Assembly (NCBI RefSeq): GCF_018350175.1
Contig: NC_058369.1
Location: 8,248,001-8,312,000 of the forward strand
Source: Felis catus
Lineage: Eukaryota
Reading direction: 5' to 3'
Length of the DNA stretch: 64,000 bases
Part shown: positions 37,757-51,736 of the stretch, one piece after another
How positions within the stretch are numbered: position 1 is the stretch's first letter
Layout: every line of letters begins with the position of its first letter
Made by a program: the position numbers and the translations under genes
Notes under the pieces: generated by a model
Seen by the model: only the letters and a program-made list of their open reading frames with translations
Databases searched by the model: none
Told to the model about the DNA's origin: nothing

Positions 37757-38713
37757 CAGTAGATTCCCATATCCATGAGGCATACGTTCCAAGACACCCC
37801 GCCCCCAGTGGTTGCCTGAAACCATGGATAGTACTGAACCCTATCTGTACTGTGTCTTCTTATACATGTATACTTATGGTAAAGCTTAATTTACAGTTGA
37901 GGCACTGTAAGTGATTAGCAACGTGAAAATTAATGACAGGAAACCTCATTTAAAGTGAATGGGGGAGACAGAAGGGGGAGCTCTCAAACCCCAACGCTTG
38001 TCATTGGTTGCAGACCCAACAGGAACACACCTACCTTGCAAGTCAAAGCTTGCAGGTCACAGTACTTGACTACCCCAGCTGAGGAAGAAAGGTTTCTCTT
38101 CTGCCCCAGCAACAGCCCAGCCAATGAGAGACTGTCACAACTCAGCCAATGAAACACCACTACACTTCTACCTGCCCCTTTACTTCTTGTTTATACCAGC
38201 CCTCCTGACGCCCCCATTCCTTCCATAAAAGAGCGTTCTTTGTTCCCTAGACTTGCTTATGGTTTTGCCATAATTTGCTTGTCCGGATTGCAATTCCCTG
38301 CCACTGCCCAATAAACCCATTTTTGCTGGGAAGTTAACTGACAGTTTTATTTTTAAGGTAAACAACAACAACCGATAATAAAATGGAGCAATTATGACAA
38401 TGTACTGTGATAAAAGTGTGTCAATGTGTTCTTTCTCAAAACACCTTATCATACTGTACTTACTGTTCTTGTGACCATGCGAAGTGATAAAATGCCTGTG
38501 TGATGAGATGAAGTGAGGTGAGTAATGTAGGCGTTGTGATGCACTGTTAAGCTACAATTGATTTTCTGGCAAAACCCAGCCCGGCGGGGTCGGCGGAGGT
38601 GGGGGGGGGGGGCTGGTGCAGGGATCATCTGCTTGCAGACCACGGTTGACCCTGGGTAACTGAAACTGGAAAGTGAAACCTGGATGGGGGGGTTTGAGGA
38701 GAGGAACTACTGT
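37757..38713 (+). mobile_element. MER44/Tigger7-type DNA transposon interrupted by an LTR
   Basis: Ends CAGTAG...CTACTG; internal TTCCAAGAC..CCCCAGTGGTTGCCTGAAACCATGGATAGTACTGAACCCTAT and CAGACCACGGTTGACC..GGGTAACTGAAAC. Confidence 0.75.
37924..38364 (+). mobile_element. Solo ERV1-class LTR (TG...CA), about 440 bp
   Basis: TG start and CA end; two CCAAT boxes (38121, 38146), TATA-like CATAAAA (38224) and AATAAA (38310); it splits the MER44 element. Confidence 0.7.
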
Positions 38714-39650
38714 ACTTAGTAACATACAGACTTGGTGTGTCTACGTTTTAGGTAGAACTGATAAGACATTGTAATTAATTACCATGACAGAGGTTTTTGT
38801 TTGTTTCTGAACTATATTCCTTTTTAAATGTAGGGCAAGGTTTTGCTACTTAATTATATTGCAAAGAAAATCCCAACAGCCAGCTGTGGAACAGCCAATG
38901 TTGAGGAAGCACCGTCTCAGGAATAAGCTATCCATATGTTCCCTGAGACAGCAGATGCCTCGTCCCATGGGTCCTTTCAGGTTCACAGACCAGTGCGCCC
39001 CACACCATCCGGTCGGGTGTGGACGCTTTTCTTAGTAGAGTATGGGGCGAAACCTCATTTTGTAGTTTTAATGTAACAAATAAAGCTGCTTTTGCTGAAA
39101 GGCATCCTGCCCAGCCTCCTTGATCAGTCTGAGGACCCTGCCATGGCTTGACCACAGTGTGTCTGCAGATGAGACCTGTAAGGGAACAAATTTCTCTGTG
39201 CCCAAAAAGCAAAGTAGCAGATTTCCTGGGGCCAAACTTAAGTACAGTGCTGATTTCCAGGCAAGATGGGAGAAGAAAACCCACACACCATAATCCCAGC
39301 AAGCAGAGTTTAGAGGGTCCTTATCGCCTGTTAGCCGCCGTCTGTCTTGCTGCAGTGGGTGGCCACCACCATTCTTTTTACTAATTTTCTTTTTTCAATT
39401 TTAATTTCAGTATAGTTAACACACAGTGTTATATTAGTTTCAGGTGTATGACGTAGTGGTTGAAGTGGGGTGCCTGGGTGGCTCTGTCCGTTAAGCATCC
39501 GGCTCTTCGGCTCAGGTCATACTGTCACAGTTCGTGGGTTTGAGCCCTGCATCAGGCTCTGTGCTGGCAATGCAGAGCCTGCTTGAGAATCTCTCTCTGC
39601 CTCTTCCCAACTCGTGCGTTCTCTGTCTCTCTCTCAAAATAAATAAACTT

Positions 39651-39866
39651 AGGGGCGCCTGGGTGGCGCAGTCGGTTAAGCGTCCGACTTCAGCCAGGTC
39701 ACAATCTCGCGGTCCATGAGTTCGAGCCCCGCGTCAGGCTCTGGGCTGATGGCTCGGAGCCTGGAGCCTGTTTCCGATTCTGTGTCTCCCTCTCTCTCTG
39801 CCCCTCCCCCGTTCATGCTCTGTTTCTCTTTGTCCCAAAAATAAATAAACGTTGAAAAAAAAAATT
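39651..39866 (+). mobile_element. Young SINEC_Fc inserted in the A-tail of an older CAN-SINE (which starts at 39467), inside an antisense carnivore L1 3' end
   Basis: GGGGCGCCTGGGTGGCGCAGTCGGTTAAGCGTCCGACTTCAGCCAGG head; TSD AAATAAATAAACTTA. Confidence 0.9.
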
Positions 39867-40879
39867 AAAAATAAATAAATAAATAAACTTAAAAAAAACA
39901 AGAATTACAAATTACTCAGTGTTCATCAGGGCAAGTATATTAATCTTCACCTGTCCCACCCATCCCCCCACCCCCCTCCCCTCGGTAACCACCACTTTGT
40001 TCCCTATAGTTAACGAGTCTGTTTTTTGGTTTGTCTCTTTTTCTCTTTGTTCATTTGTTTCGTGTCTTAAATTTCACATACGAGTGCAATCCTATGGTCT
40101 TTGTCTTTATCTGACTGACTTACTTCACTTAGCATTATACTCTCTAGATCCATCCATGTGGTTGCAACCATGGGTCTTTTTTATAAGAGCAAAGCGAAGG
40201 GGGGTATGAAAGAAGAAGACCTACTTCTCAAGCAGTCTGGTTCCGCATTTGAACGTCAATAGATGTTTCTATTTTAAATGATGATTTTGATGAAGTTGAA
40301 AGTAGAAAAGAATGCAATCCTCAAGTCCTTTCATCTCTTTTATTTCCACAAAGGCACCCCCCTGGCCATCTTCTTCTGGGTATTTATTTCCCAGGTCTTT
40401 TTCTGATCTAGGTTGGTTGGTTGGTTGGTTTTGGTGTTTTTTAAAAAGAACACATAGGATTGCAAAAGTAGTAGAAGGTTATTGTAAAAAAAAAAAAACA
40501 ACAGCACACCGACACAAAAAACACCAGAGCTCTGTGACGTGGAAAGTGTCAGTTCCCCATCATACGCCTCCTGAGAGAGCTGCCGGCCGCTGCCAACCAC
40601 AGTTTGGCACGTTTTCTCGGGACCGGTCTCTATGTGCAGATGAGCTCGCGTACGTTCTTCCTCTCAGCAGAGTGAGGCTTGGGCCAAGCACACTTTACGT
40701 TGGTGCCCCCTTCTTTCCTCTGCTTCATCGTGGACCTTCCTCCACATCCGTGTGCACGAAGCTACTTCATTCATGTTTGATAGCGTCTTGCTTCTGGGGC
40801 GTGGATAGTGTGGGGGTTCTGATTCTTCAGCACTTGGGGGGCTCAGAGAAATCAAGGTGATAAGACCGCGTCACTTCTA

Positions 40880-41094
40880 AATTTTTTTTTTCAACGTTTA
40901 TTTATTTTTGGGACAGAGAGAGACAGAGCATGAACGGGGGAGGGGCAGAGAGAGAGGGAGACACAGAATCGGAAACAGGCTCCAGGCTCCGAGCCATCAG
41001 CCCAGAGCCCGACGCGGGGCTCGAACTCACGGACCGCGAGATCGTGACCTGGCTGAAGTCGGACGCTTAACCGGCTGCGCCACCCAGGCGCCCC
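40880..41094 (-). mobile_element. Young SINEC_Fc
   Basis: CpG-retaining full-length copy; 18-bp TSD AAGAC(C/T)GCGTCACTTCTA at 40862-40879 and 41095-41112. Confidence 0.93.
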
Positions 41095-42714
41095 AAGACT
41101 GCGTCACTTCTAGACCCGTTGGCCCTTGGAACCCATTTTTTTTTCATCCTGTAACCTGTCGAATGTCTTAGCTTTCAGGGTTTTGATTCTTGCCCCAGAG
41201 TAGTTTTATCTGCCATCACATTCCTTTGGGTTGCCTACCCAGATTCCCAGGTTCTGTTCCCTTCTCATGGAGCCCCCAGATGCACTTGACCCACAGGCCA
41301 CACACTTAGGCTCCCAGAAACACTGGTACTGTTTGTCCCCTCTTGCTTCACTTTTCTCTACTGCTTAGGTGTGGCTGACTGGTCTGAGATGGATTTCAGT
41401 GTTTGTGTTTAATTACCTTCTTTTTCCCAGCCCAGACACCAAGTGACTCATCACAGGGAGACTTGCAGGAGTCTGGTCTGAATGATGGAAGCCACTTGAA
41501 ACCCTAGGACCATAGGACAACCTTGGGGACCCAAGGAATTTGCTGAAAATGCCAAATCCTTAGTTTACTGTATAGGAAAGGTGGAGGTGTTTGGTGATGA
41601 GGGAAGAAGGGGTGGGAAGAGGGCTGGGCTGGTCCTTGCCCTCAGATCCACCTCCCTTCTGAAATTTCTGGCCAAGCTTTCAGGCCCTCCTGAGCGGGCA
41701 CTACGCTGGATCGCAGTAGTGCCCTGTCCCATATCATATGCAGCTCTCGCGAGGGCCAGGCCCACCCCTGCCCTTTAAGAAGGGTTGGCTGGCCAAAAGG
41801 GGCTTGATGGTGGGTAACAACACCGCATTTGTGTCAGCGGGATCCGAGAGGGCAAGGGAGAATTTGCAGCAGCTCGGATCTTGCCCGTCGATTGCCAGGG
41901 TGGACCTCATCACTTGGAACAGCCGGTCTTTGCACGGGGCCGTGTGGCCTTCAGACAGCCACTGTTCCTCCTCCAGTTCCGCAAAGCTGCCTTGTGCAAC
42001 CTCTACTTCCTGGGTTTGTTCCTGAGCACTTCTGGACAGGAGCATCCTTTGAGGTTTGTCCTGCGGGGGAGGCTAAGTTTAGGAAGCACATTCTCCAGAG
42101 CAGTTACTTACTCCGTGGCTTGGTTTACTCATGTCTTTATGAGAAGAGGAGGCCGCTGCTTCTGGGTCAGTAGTGACAAGCAGTAAGCGACCGCTCGGTG
42201 AATGTGGAGGCCCTGGATTTCGCCAGCGGTGTGGCATCACTTTCTGCCCGTACGAGCCTTGCATGCATTCACTCGAGGGATGCTGGCTGTGACCCCTGAG
42301 GGGGGGATTGGCCTCCGCACCAGCCTACGGAGGAGGAAACGGGCTGGTGGAGGTTAAGTCGCCCACCTAGGATCATGTGGTTGGCAAGTGGTAAAGTCCA
42401 CACTCAGAGTCCGTGCCGCACCGCAGCGAGTCACACGGTGGCCTGAGCCTCAGGGAGCCCTCCGTCCACGAGCCCTTGATAGTCCCTCTGGGAAGTGTAG
42501 CGGTGTGCACTCGGTGAGTACATCTGGGTCCTTGCCACCAAATGGGCCCGCAGCCCTGCCTCCCCGCTCTGGCTGGGTCATCTTCCCTGTGGCTTCTTTG
42601 TGACTGGTAACATCCTCAGCCCTCAGCAGTTGTAAATCCCTAGGGAGCAGAGCGAGTCACAGTCTCTCTGGAATTGAAAATATCCCTTTCCTTCCTCTAT
42701 CTCCGTGACCTTGA

Positions 42715-43480
42715 GATAGTAAAGGAAAACCGATTTCCTCTACTCACAGCACTCTAATACCAAATGTACGGGTTTTCCACACCGAGCAAGTTTCTGCAGA
42801 TACCAGCTGAGTGTCCTACACTTCAACTCTGACACTGATTACCCAAAGTTAGTGCAGACCTCAGAAGTTAGAGGCTCAGTCCCACAAGACTGCCCCCCCA
42901 CTGCAGGCACCAGTCACAAGGAGTGGGTCTCCAGGTTACCTGCACTTCTGTCCAACTTGGTTACAAATGGGGTTCCCATGACCCCCTTCTCAGGTTTAAT
43001 TATTTGATATAATAGCTCACCAACCTTGAGACGTTTACCTGTGTTTGCCAGTTTATTATAAAGGACATTGTAAAGGATAGGGATGAATAGCCGTACGAAG
43101 AAGTAAATAAACTAAGATCTAGAAGGATCCTGATCCCAGGACCTTCTGTCCCCATGGAGTAGGAATGCACCATCCTCCTAGCACATGGATGTGCTTACCA
43201 ACCCATAAAGCTCTCCTAGCCTCTTAGAGTTTTTATGGATGCTTTATTATGTAGACGTGTATTAATTCACTTTCCAATTCCTCTCCTCTCTTTGGAGGAT
43301 GGGGCTGAAGCTCTAGTCATGGTTTGGTCTTTCTCGCAACCAGCCCCCATCCTGAAGCTATCCAGGAGCCCACCAAGAGTCCCTTCATTAGAATAAAAGA
43401 CCCTCCTATCCCTGAGGAAATTACAAGGGTGTTAGTAAAAAACTGGAGGCAGAGACCAAATACATGTTTCTTACGATCTC
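42715..43480 (-). mobile_element. MER21-family LTR (antisense) in intron 1
   Basis: GGCTCAGTCCCACAAGACTGCCCCCCAC...CCAGTTTATTATAAAGGA...CAGCCCCCATCCTGAAGCTATCCAGGAGCCCACCAAGAGTC. Confidence 0.7.
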
Positions 43481-43572
43481 AGGGAGAAAAAATTTTCTTG
43501 AACAGGACGCCAAAACCATTAACCATGTAAGGACAAACCTGATAAATAAGACGCCATTAAAATAACTTCTCT

Positions 43573-43720
43573 GGGCACTGGGTGTTGTATGTAAGTGATG
43601 AATCTTGGGAATCTACCCCCCAAACCAAGAACACACTGTATATGCTGTATGTTAGCCAACTTGACAACAAATCATATTAAAATAAATAAAAAAGGAAAAG
43701 GCAGAAAATAAACAAAATAA
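43573..43720 (+). mobile_element. Heavily 5'-truncated carnivore L1 3' end inside an older L1 fragment
   Basis: GCACTGGGTGTTGTATGTAAGTGATGAATC...CACTGTATATG..TGTTAGCCAACTTG followed by an A-rich tail; TSD AACTTCTCT. Confidence 0.75.
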
Positions 43721-44864
43721 GAACTTCTCTACATCCTGAGACACCCTTAGGAGAATGCAAGCAAGGTGAGCCCCAGACTGGGAGAGGAACCACATATCCC
43801 CAAGTGAAGCATTAGTGAGAACAGGGCCTCTGCAGAAGTGAGTATCTCAGTGGCCAGTCAGCATACAGAACGGGATTCGATGCCGTTGGTTGCAAGGGAA
43901 ATGCCAAAGAAAATTATAAGATACGATTATACACTCACTGGAACAGTTACAAGTTACAGGGACCGACAGTGCCGAGCGCCAGCGTTGACAGAGAGGAGCT
44001 GGAACGCATTACCCTCTGCTGTGGGGATGGCGGTGTGTGGGACTGTGGTCCTGATTTGGAAAGCTGGCGATGCTTACCAGAGCCAAATGTATGCCTTCCT
44101 CTGACTAACGGTTCCACTCCTGGGTCCCCAAGGAAAATGAATGCGTGCGTCTGCCAGATGACGTTGGTAGCAGCTTTAGTCGCGACAGCCCAAACCTGGC
44201 CGCACAGGGTCTACAAATAGAGTGGGCAGATGAAGAAGAACGAATGACCACCGTCCCAGCAACGTGGGTGCCCCTCGCAGAAGAGCCAGAGGATACCACC
44301 GTGGGTTTTTCTTTTTTTTTTTTTTCCAGATGCAGTTCAGTAACGGGTGGAATCGAAGAGTGGTAGAGGCAGAGCAGTGTTTCCCTCTGGGGGGGTGGTC
44401 TTCATGGGAGGGGCCCAGATGCCTTCAAGAATGTTGGAAGTGTTAGGTCTGATCTGGGATTCATCCAGCTGTACGCCTAGGTGTGCTGACTCTCTGTGCG
44501 AGTGAATCCGATGCTCCCTCTTCACACCCGGGACCAGAGAGCTGCTCCCGTTCCACTTTCCTGTCCTCTCCATCGTGATGCCGGGGGCCTGCCAGTACGC
44601 GTCTGCGTGTAGACGCCAGCACCCTGATGGGGCGCATCAGGGTTTGGGGGGCCCCACCCCACTGCGCTGCTCAGGAAGGTTTTGCATTGTGTCTGTACTT
44701 TTTGGGTTCCTTTTACTGTCACTCCCCACGTGTGTCTGAGCTTTCAGTCCAGAAATGAGTTTGCTGCCGGTGGCTCCGTGCACTTACCTGCCTCATCGCA
44801 GCCTCACACTTCAGAGGTGACAGCTTCTGAAGCAAATGCCATTTGTGTTATTTTTATTACTCTA

Positions 44865-45962
44865 TTTATTTATTAAGGATCATTTATTTTGAGAGAGAGC
44901 GCGTGCATGCGTACACACATGTGGGAGACAGGCAGAGAAAAGAGAGAATCCCAAACAGGCTCCATGCTGTCAGGACAGAGCTGGACTCGGAAATTGATCT
45001 CACAAACCATGACTGCATGACCTGAGCCGAATAAAAGACTCAGACTCTTAACCGATTGAGCCACCCAGGTGCCCTATTTTATTTTTTTAATGTTTTATTT
45101 GTTTTTGAGAAAGAGAGAGTATGAGCAGGGGAGGGGCAGAGAGAGAGGGGGAGACACAGAATCTGAAGCAAGCTCCAGGCTCCATCCAAGCTGTCAGCAT
45201 AGAGCCGACGTGGAGCTCAGACTCACAAACCGTAACCGTGAGATCGTGACCTGAGCTGAAGTTGGACACTTAACCGGTTGACTGAACCACCCAGGCGCCC
45301 CGCAAATGACATTTTTAAAAGCCTGTTGTGGGGGCTCCTGGGTTTCTCAGTTGGTGAAGCGTCTGACTCTTGATTTCGGCTCAGGTTATAATCTTAACGG
45401 TTTGTGGGTTTGAGTCCCACATTGAGCTCTGTACTGACAGCACGGAGCCTGCTTGGGATTGTCTCTCTGCCTCTCCCCCCACAAATAAATAAACAAACTT
45501 AAAAACTAAAAAAAAAAAAATTTTTTTTAATCTGTATTTAATTTTGAGAGACAGAGTGCGAATGGGGGAGGAACAGAGAGAGAGGGAGACAGAATCCGAA
45601 GCAGGCTCCAGGCTCTGAGCTGTCAGCATAGCACGATGCAGGGCTTGAACTCACAAACTTCGAGTTCATGACTTGAGCTGAAGTCGGACGCTTAACCGGC
45701 TGAGCCACCCAGGTGTCCCTAAAAAAATTTTTTTTTTAGGAATGAAAAAATACAGGGGCACCTGGGTGGCTTGGTCAGTTGAGTGTCCAACTTTGACTTA
45801 GGTCATGATCTTACGGTTCGTGGGATTGGCCCTACATCGGGCTCTGCACTCTTGGTGGGGAGCGTGCTTAGGATTCTCGCTGTCTCCTCCTTCTCTCTCT
45901 GACCCTCCCTCGCTTGTGCTTTCTCTCTCTTTCTTAAAGACGGAAACTTAAAAAGAAAAGAT
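44865..45962. mobile_element. Cluster of five CAN-SINEs (orientations - - + - +)
   Basis: SINE heads at ~45074, ~45301, ~45330, ~45719 and ~45755, each with (CT/GA)n and an A/T tail. Confidence 0.85.
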
Positions 45963-46984
45963 ACATTTAAAAAAAAGTTTCTTCTGAAACCCTGTACTTC
46001 TCAAAGGTAGATGTTGCCATATTTTAGCACAAAATTATTGTCTGATGCCCTCCAGCATCTTCAGCAAACTTCATGTGTCCGCTGATGAAGTTAGTGCTGC
46101 TGTGGGTGGAGGTAATTAATTTCTAGAGGTACCCCGCATTTTGATGGGAAGAAGGTCTGACACTAAGTATTAACTACTTTTAGAAGAACCATCATTCCAA
46201 AGACACTCCCCAGTGTTTGCTCTTTGGCACATCTGCCTTTAGGTAAGGAGATGACATCATCCCTGGATGACGTTCCCTAGATTTTATTTTGCTATTGGTT
46301 TCAGTTGGCTTGACTTAGAATAGAGACCTTCAGGGGCCCCTGGGTGGCTCAGTCAGTTAAGCGTCTGACTTTGGCTCAGGTCACGATCTCATGGTCCATG
46401 AGTTCGAGCCCTGCATCGGGCTCTGTGCTGACAGCTCAGAGCCTGGAGCCTGCTTCAGATTCTGTGTCTCCCTCTCTCTCTCTCTGCTCCTCCGCCGTTC
46501 ATGCTCTGTCTCTCTCTGTTTCAAAAAAAAAAAAAAAAAGAATAGAGACCTTCAGTTGAGAAAGCATCCGTGAGCTCCCAGATGCCACGGGACTCCTTTG
46601 AGTATTTTCGGGGCCGCTGTCTCTCTTGTCACCTCGCTGCAGTCTCTCTGGGCCTGAGAGGCCCTGTGGGCGCAAAGGGTCCAGAGGGGCGCCCTGAGGA
46701 GCCATCTTCCTTGACCCCGGCCGTGGCTATGTTCGTGTCACTCAGTTGTCCACCTGTGAAGTATGACTGCAGGTGCGTCTTGCCCTAGACAAACCCTGGG
46801 CTGGAGGTTTCAGACTTGAGAATCATCATTTTAGAAAACGATTGGGATACAGGTCACCCACGTGGCAGAGCCTGGAGCGGCGTCTGGAGGTAACAGGATC
46901 CTAGTTCTGTAGCAGAAGGTAGGACTGTTCACACATGTCTGAATCAGGTCTGATTTTGCTTCTAAATGAATTTGTCTCTATTTA

Positions 46985-47449
46985 AAAAAAAATTTTTTTT
47001 TTTCTTAACGTTTATTCATTTTTGTGAGACAGAACAGAGCATGAGCAGGCCAGGTGCAGAGAGAGACAGAGACAGAATCCGAAGCAGGCTCCAGGCTCTG
47101 AGCTGTCAGCACAGTGCCCAACATGGGGCTCGAACTCACTGACCTTGAGATCATGACCTGAGCTGAAGTCGGATTCTTAACTGACTGAGCCACCCAGGCG
47201 CTCCACATTTGTCTCTATTTTTTTTTATTTTTAAAAATTTTTTTTTTCAACGTTTATTTTTTTGGGGACAGAGAGAGACAGAGCATGAACGGGGGAGGGG
47301 CAGAGAGAGACGGAGACACAGAATCGGAAACAGGCTCCAGGCTCTGAGCCATCAGCCCAGAGCCCGATGCGGGGCTCGAACTCACGGACCGCGAGATCGT
47401 GACCTGGCTGAAGTCGGACGCTTAACCGACTGCGCCACCCAGGCGCCCC
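46985..47449 (-). mobile_element. Two tandem antisense CAN-SINEs (older 46985-47205; young SINEC_Fc ~47225-47449)
   Basis: Two full SINE bodies separated and flanked by GTCTCTATTT. Confidence 0.9.
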
Positions 47450-49221
47450 AAGTCTCTATTTTTTAAAAGTTTGATTCTCCCCGTCTCTGGGCTTACGGGA
47501 TTTTGGATTTGTGAGGAAGGGATTGTGAGCACTTTCTTGAGCAGTTGGGTCTGTTCCTGGTCAGGCTGGTGCGCTGGTCACTGGTCCATGCCCTGCCAAA
47601 GTTTCTGATTCTCTCTGCTCTGATTATTTAGTCATGAAACTGGGACAAAGACGTTTTGGCTTTTGATCGATTACCCAGGAAAATATGCCCATCTTTCAAA
47701 TGAAAACTTTACTTTGTTTTAATCAAGAGAATTAAAAATGTTCTTAGACTTCTTGACAAAACTTACCTTAGAACCAGAAGAGCCCAGTAAAGTTTTGGGA
47801 CAAAGAGAGTCTCTCCCAACACCGGAAAAGTCTGCAGAAACAAAGCCCACATTTGAGACATGCCAACAAGAGAGGGGCTTTTAAATAACTCGGTATGTGG
47901 CAAAATGAGAGAACACAGCAGAAATCCACTAGAAATCCTCTCTTGAAGACTATTACATGTTAAAGGTGGTCCTGGGTAGAATTCTGTGAAGAGAAGCTTG
48001 CCTAGCATGTGCTGAGTAATACTGTTGAGGATGTGTGTGCCTGCATGTGGAACAGTCTAGAAGGGAGGCAGTGAAGTGTGGTGGGAGTCCTGGCAGCCAT
48101 ATGAGGGCAGCTCTCTGCCCTGGCCGGCTCAGCTCCATCCTTACGGCTCTGGTCTCTGAGGAAACCCCCAGCCCCTTCTTCCCACCCCCACCCCCGTCAC
48201 CCTGCCTGGCTCGGATAAGGAGGGCTTGGTTGCTCTTTGCTCCCTGCTGGGCTGGTAAGCACTTCACCTCTGTGTGTCTGGTGTGGTGCTGGGAGATTTT
48301 AAGTTCTTGTGATCTTGTGTTTTCTACCTTTCAGCCCTGAAGATGTATTCCTCCATCATCATGAAAGAAGTTCTTAAATTGAAGAGAATTGTATTTAAGG
48401 CTGTATGTAACTATGCAACAGATGAAGGGTTACCTGAACCTAGAACCCTTACTGTAGAAAACTGGATGAAATTTACCAGCTCGTGGCCCTGTCTTAGCAA
48501 GCATAATTAATCACCTTACCACCATCATTAGATTTTTTTCCCCCCTTAGCATATGTTTGGATCTCGTCGTGGCTCTGGGTCGTAGTTCTGAGCATCAGTT
48601 TTCAGATTATGGAAACTTTCATTGGACTTTAGACACGTGAATATCACTGTGGAAGTATCTGAGATATCGAGCGCCTTTATTTGTGTAATACTTTAAATGA
48701 ACCTACATGTTAAACTTGTATTCATTTAATTTAAAAGGGACTTGGTCTGACCGCCTTAAATGGGAAACCGGCATCACTTGCCATGAATATTTGGTTCTGT
48801 TGAGTGTCCCAAGGCCCAGGTGGATTCTGTCGCCAGCAAAGGCTTTGAGCCTTAGTCTTGCTCTCCCTTTTTGTCAAATCGGAAGATGGCAGGTGTTAGG
48901 CGTGAAGGGTGTATGGGCACCACCCTGAGACGTTCTCTTTGCTGTGATCAGAATAACAGCAAGGGAAGTGAATCCCTAGGTGGGGCAGTGGCTGTATACC
49001 TCCACCTCCGGAGTCCCATTCCTCGGGGGAGACTGTGATCTGATTTTGTATGCCCGATGTATTATCTCCTTTGAGAAGAAGGAAGGAGAAAGGTCTGGGT
49101 GGTGGGGGTTGCCCGTCAAAGGTGACAGCTCCCTATCAGATGGGTGCTGCTTACAATACTACGTGTGGCCCTCCCTTGCCAGCTCTGACTCTCCCTGGTG
49201 GTGGCTACGACCCCAGACTGA

Positions 49222-49656
<435 letters not shown>

Positions 49657-51412
49657 TAAGAAGTGCCCGGCTCCTTAAAAAGTAGCTGTGTCACTTGGTT
49701 TCCCGCACTCACCTGTGTAACTTACGAAGCAGAGCAGTGGGTGCCCCTTATCCCTACTCGATCCTGCGCTTGGGCGCCACTCACTGTCATAACGACTTAC
49801 TTGAACTGATCAGGGATGTTTTTTGCCAATGGGGTGTAAAAAAAGCCTCCCAACACAAATAGTTTTTCTTTCTCCCTGTGTTCCTGGGTGGTGGTTGGGG
49901 AAGCGAGGAAACATCCTCTTATATGTATTAGCATCTAAAGGAAAAGGTGATGTGTTCAAGTCTCAGAAACCACAGGAGACCCTCGCGGAATATGCAGATT
50001 GTGTGGCCTGGAGGTCAGGGCTCTGTGTTGACCCCATAGCCTCCCTACCAGGGCCATCCATGTGTTTGTACCCCATTCCACTTAATCTCCCCTCCCCATC
50101 CCCCCCTCCCCCCCGCTGCCCCACCCATTAGGTGTAGGTGGTTATTGTGCCCATTTTACAGATGAGGAAGTAGGCTCTCGGAGAAATGGTCCCTCACTGT
50201 GTCCATGGCAGAGCCATCTTGTCCCTCTGGGTCCTCCCTGCCTTCCCCATCTCCTACACGTTTTTTATTTTTATTTTTTTTAATGTTTATTTATTTTGAG
50301 AGAAAGAGACAGTGTGAGCAGGGGAGGGGCAGGGAGAGAGGGAGACATAGAATCTGAAGCAATTCCAGGCTCTGAGATGTCAGCATAGAGCCTGACATGG
50401 GGCTCGAACTCATGAACCCCAAGATCATGACCTGAGCCAAAGTCAGACACTCAACCTACTGAGCCACCCAGGTGCCCCTCCCACACATTTCTGGCAACAG
50501 TATCTTTCTTGTCACTTCCTGGGAAGCTGTTGGTGAACCAGCCCCCTCCCTCCCCTCACTGATTTAGTCTGGCTTCTCCAGCACAGCCTCCTCTTTCCCT
50601 CTCTGCCCATTTTGGTTTTTTTTTTCTCTTATCACTGGCACACACCCCACACCTACCATTTGTCCTGCACAGTGTTAGGAGCCAGGGCCCAGGGGTAGCG
50701 GGACACTCCTCGTCTGCGGAGAAGTTCGCTTCCCGAGGGCTGCACCCTCTTCCTGCATATGAAGCTGCTCCTCGTGGTCCCAGCCAAGCACCCTCTCTTC
50801 CTCCCATCTTCCTTCTCTCATGGCACACACTGAGTTGTAGTCAGCTGGGCCACCCATTAGACTGTTCCCGGAGACCGGGATATTTGGGCCAGTCAGGGCC
50901 TAGCAGTGTCCTGGAAGGGTCCCGGAAGATGTCCCCTTCACCAGCTATTGCAATAGGGGAAGTACTTAGTGCTGAGGGAAAATGGGCATCATCGCTCCAC
51001 AGAGGCCCGATGTGCCTCTCAGGAGGGATGGAACCATGCCACAGACAGCTTTCCTCCCAGCTAGTAGGCTGGAGGCTGATCTCAGATCAGCGAGGACAGC
51101 TAGTGTAGTGTAACCATACTTACAGGCAGAAATTTCTGTTTGTCCCTCTGACTTACAGTCTCCCAAGGAAGAGGATTCCTGATCCAAAGACTTGTCACCA
51201 GGTCTCCTTGTGACAATTAATGGGGAGCTTGGTGTCCCAGTCATAAACAGCTCCTCACCAGGAGCTCATGTCCTTTCCTCATGGGATTTTGGCCATCTGA
51301 AACTGTCTCCTGGCTTCCTGATCCATCTGTCCCTTCGCCTCCAGACCTCTAGCCGCCTAGGTGGTCAGCCATCGCTGTGTGACATTGCTTCATGCATCTA
51401 CTTGACACTTAG

Positions 51413-51736
<324 letters not shown>

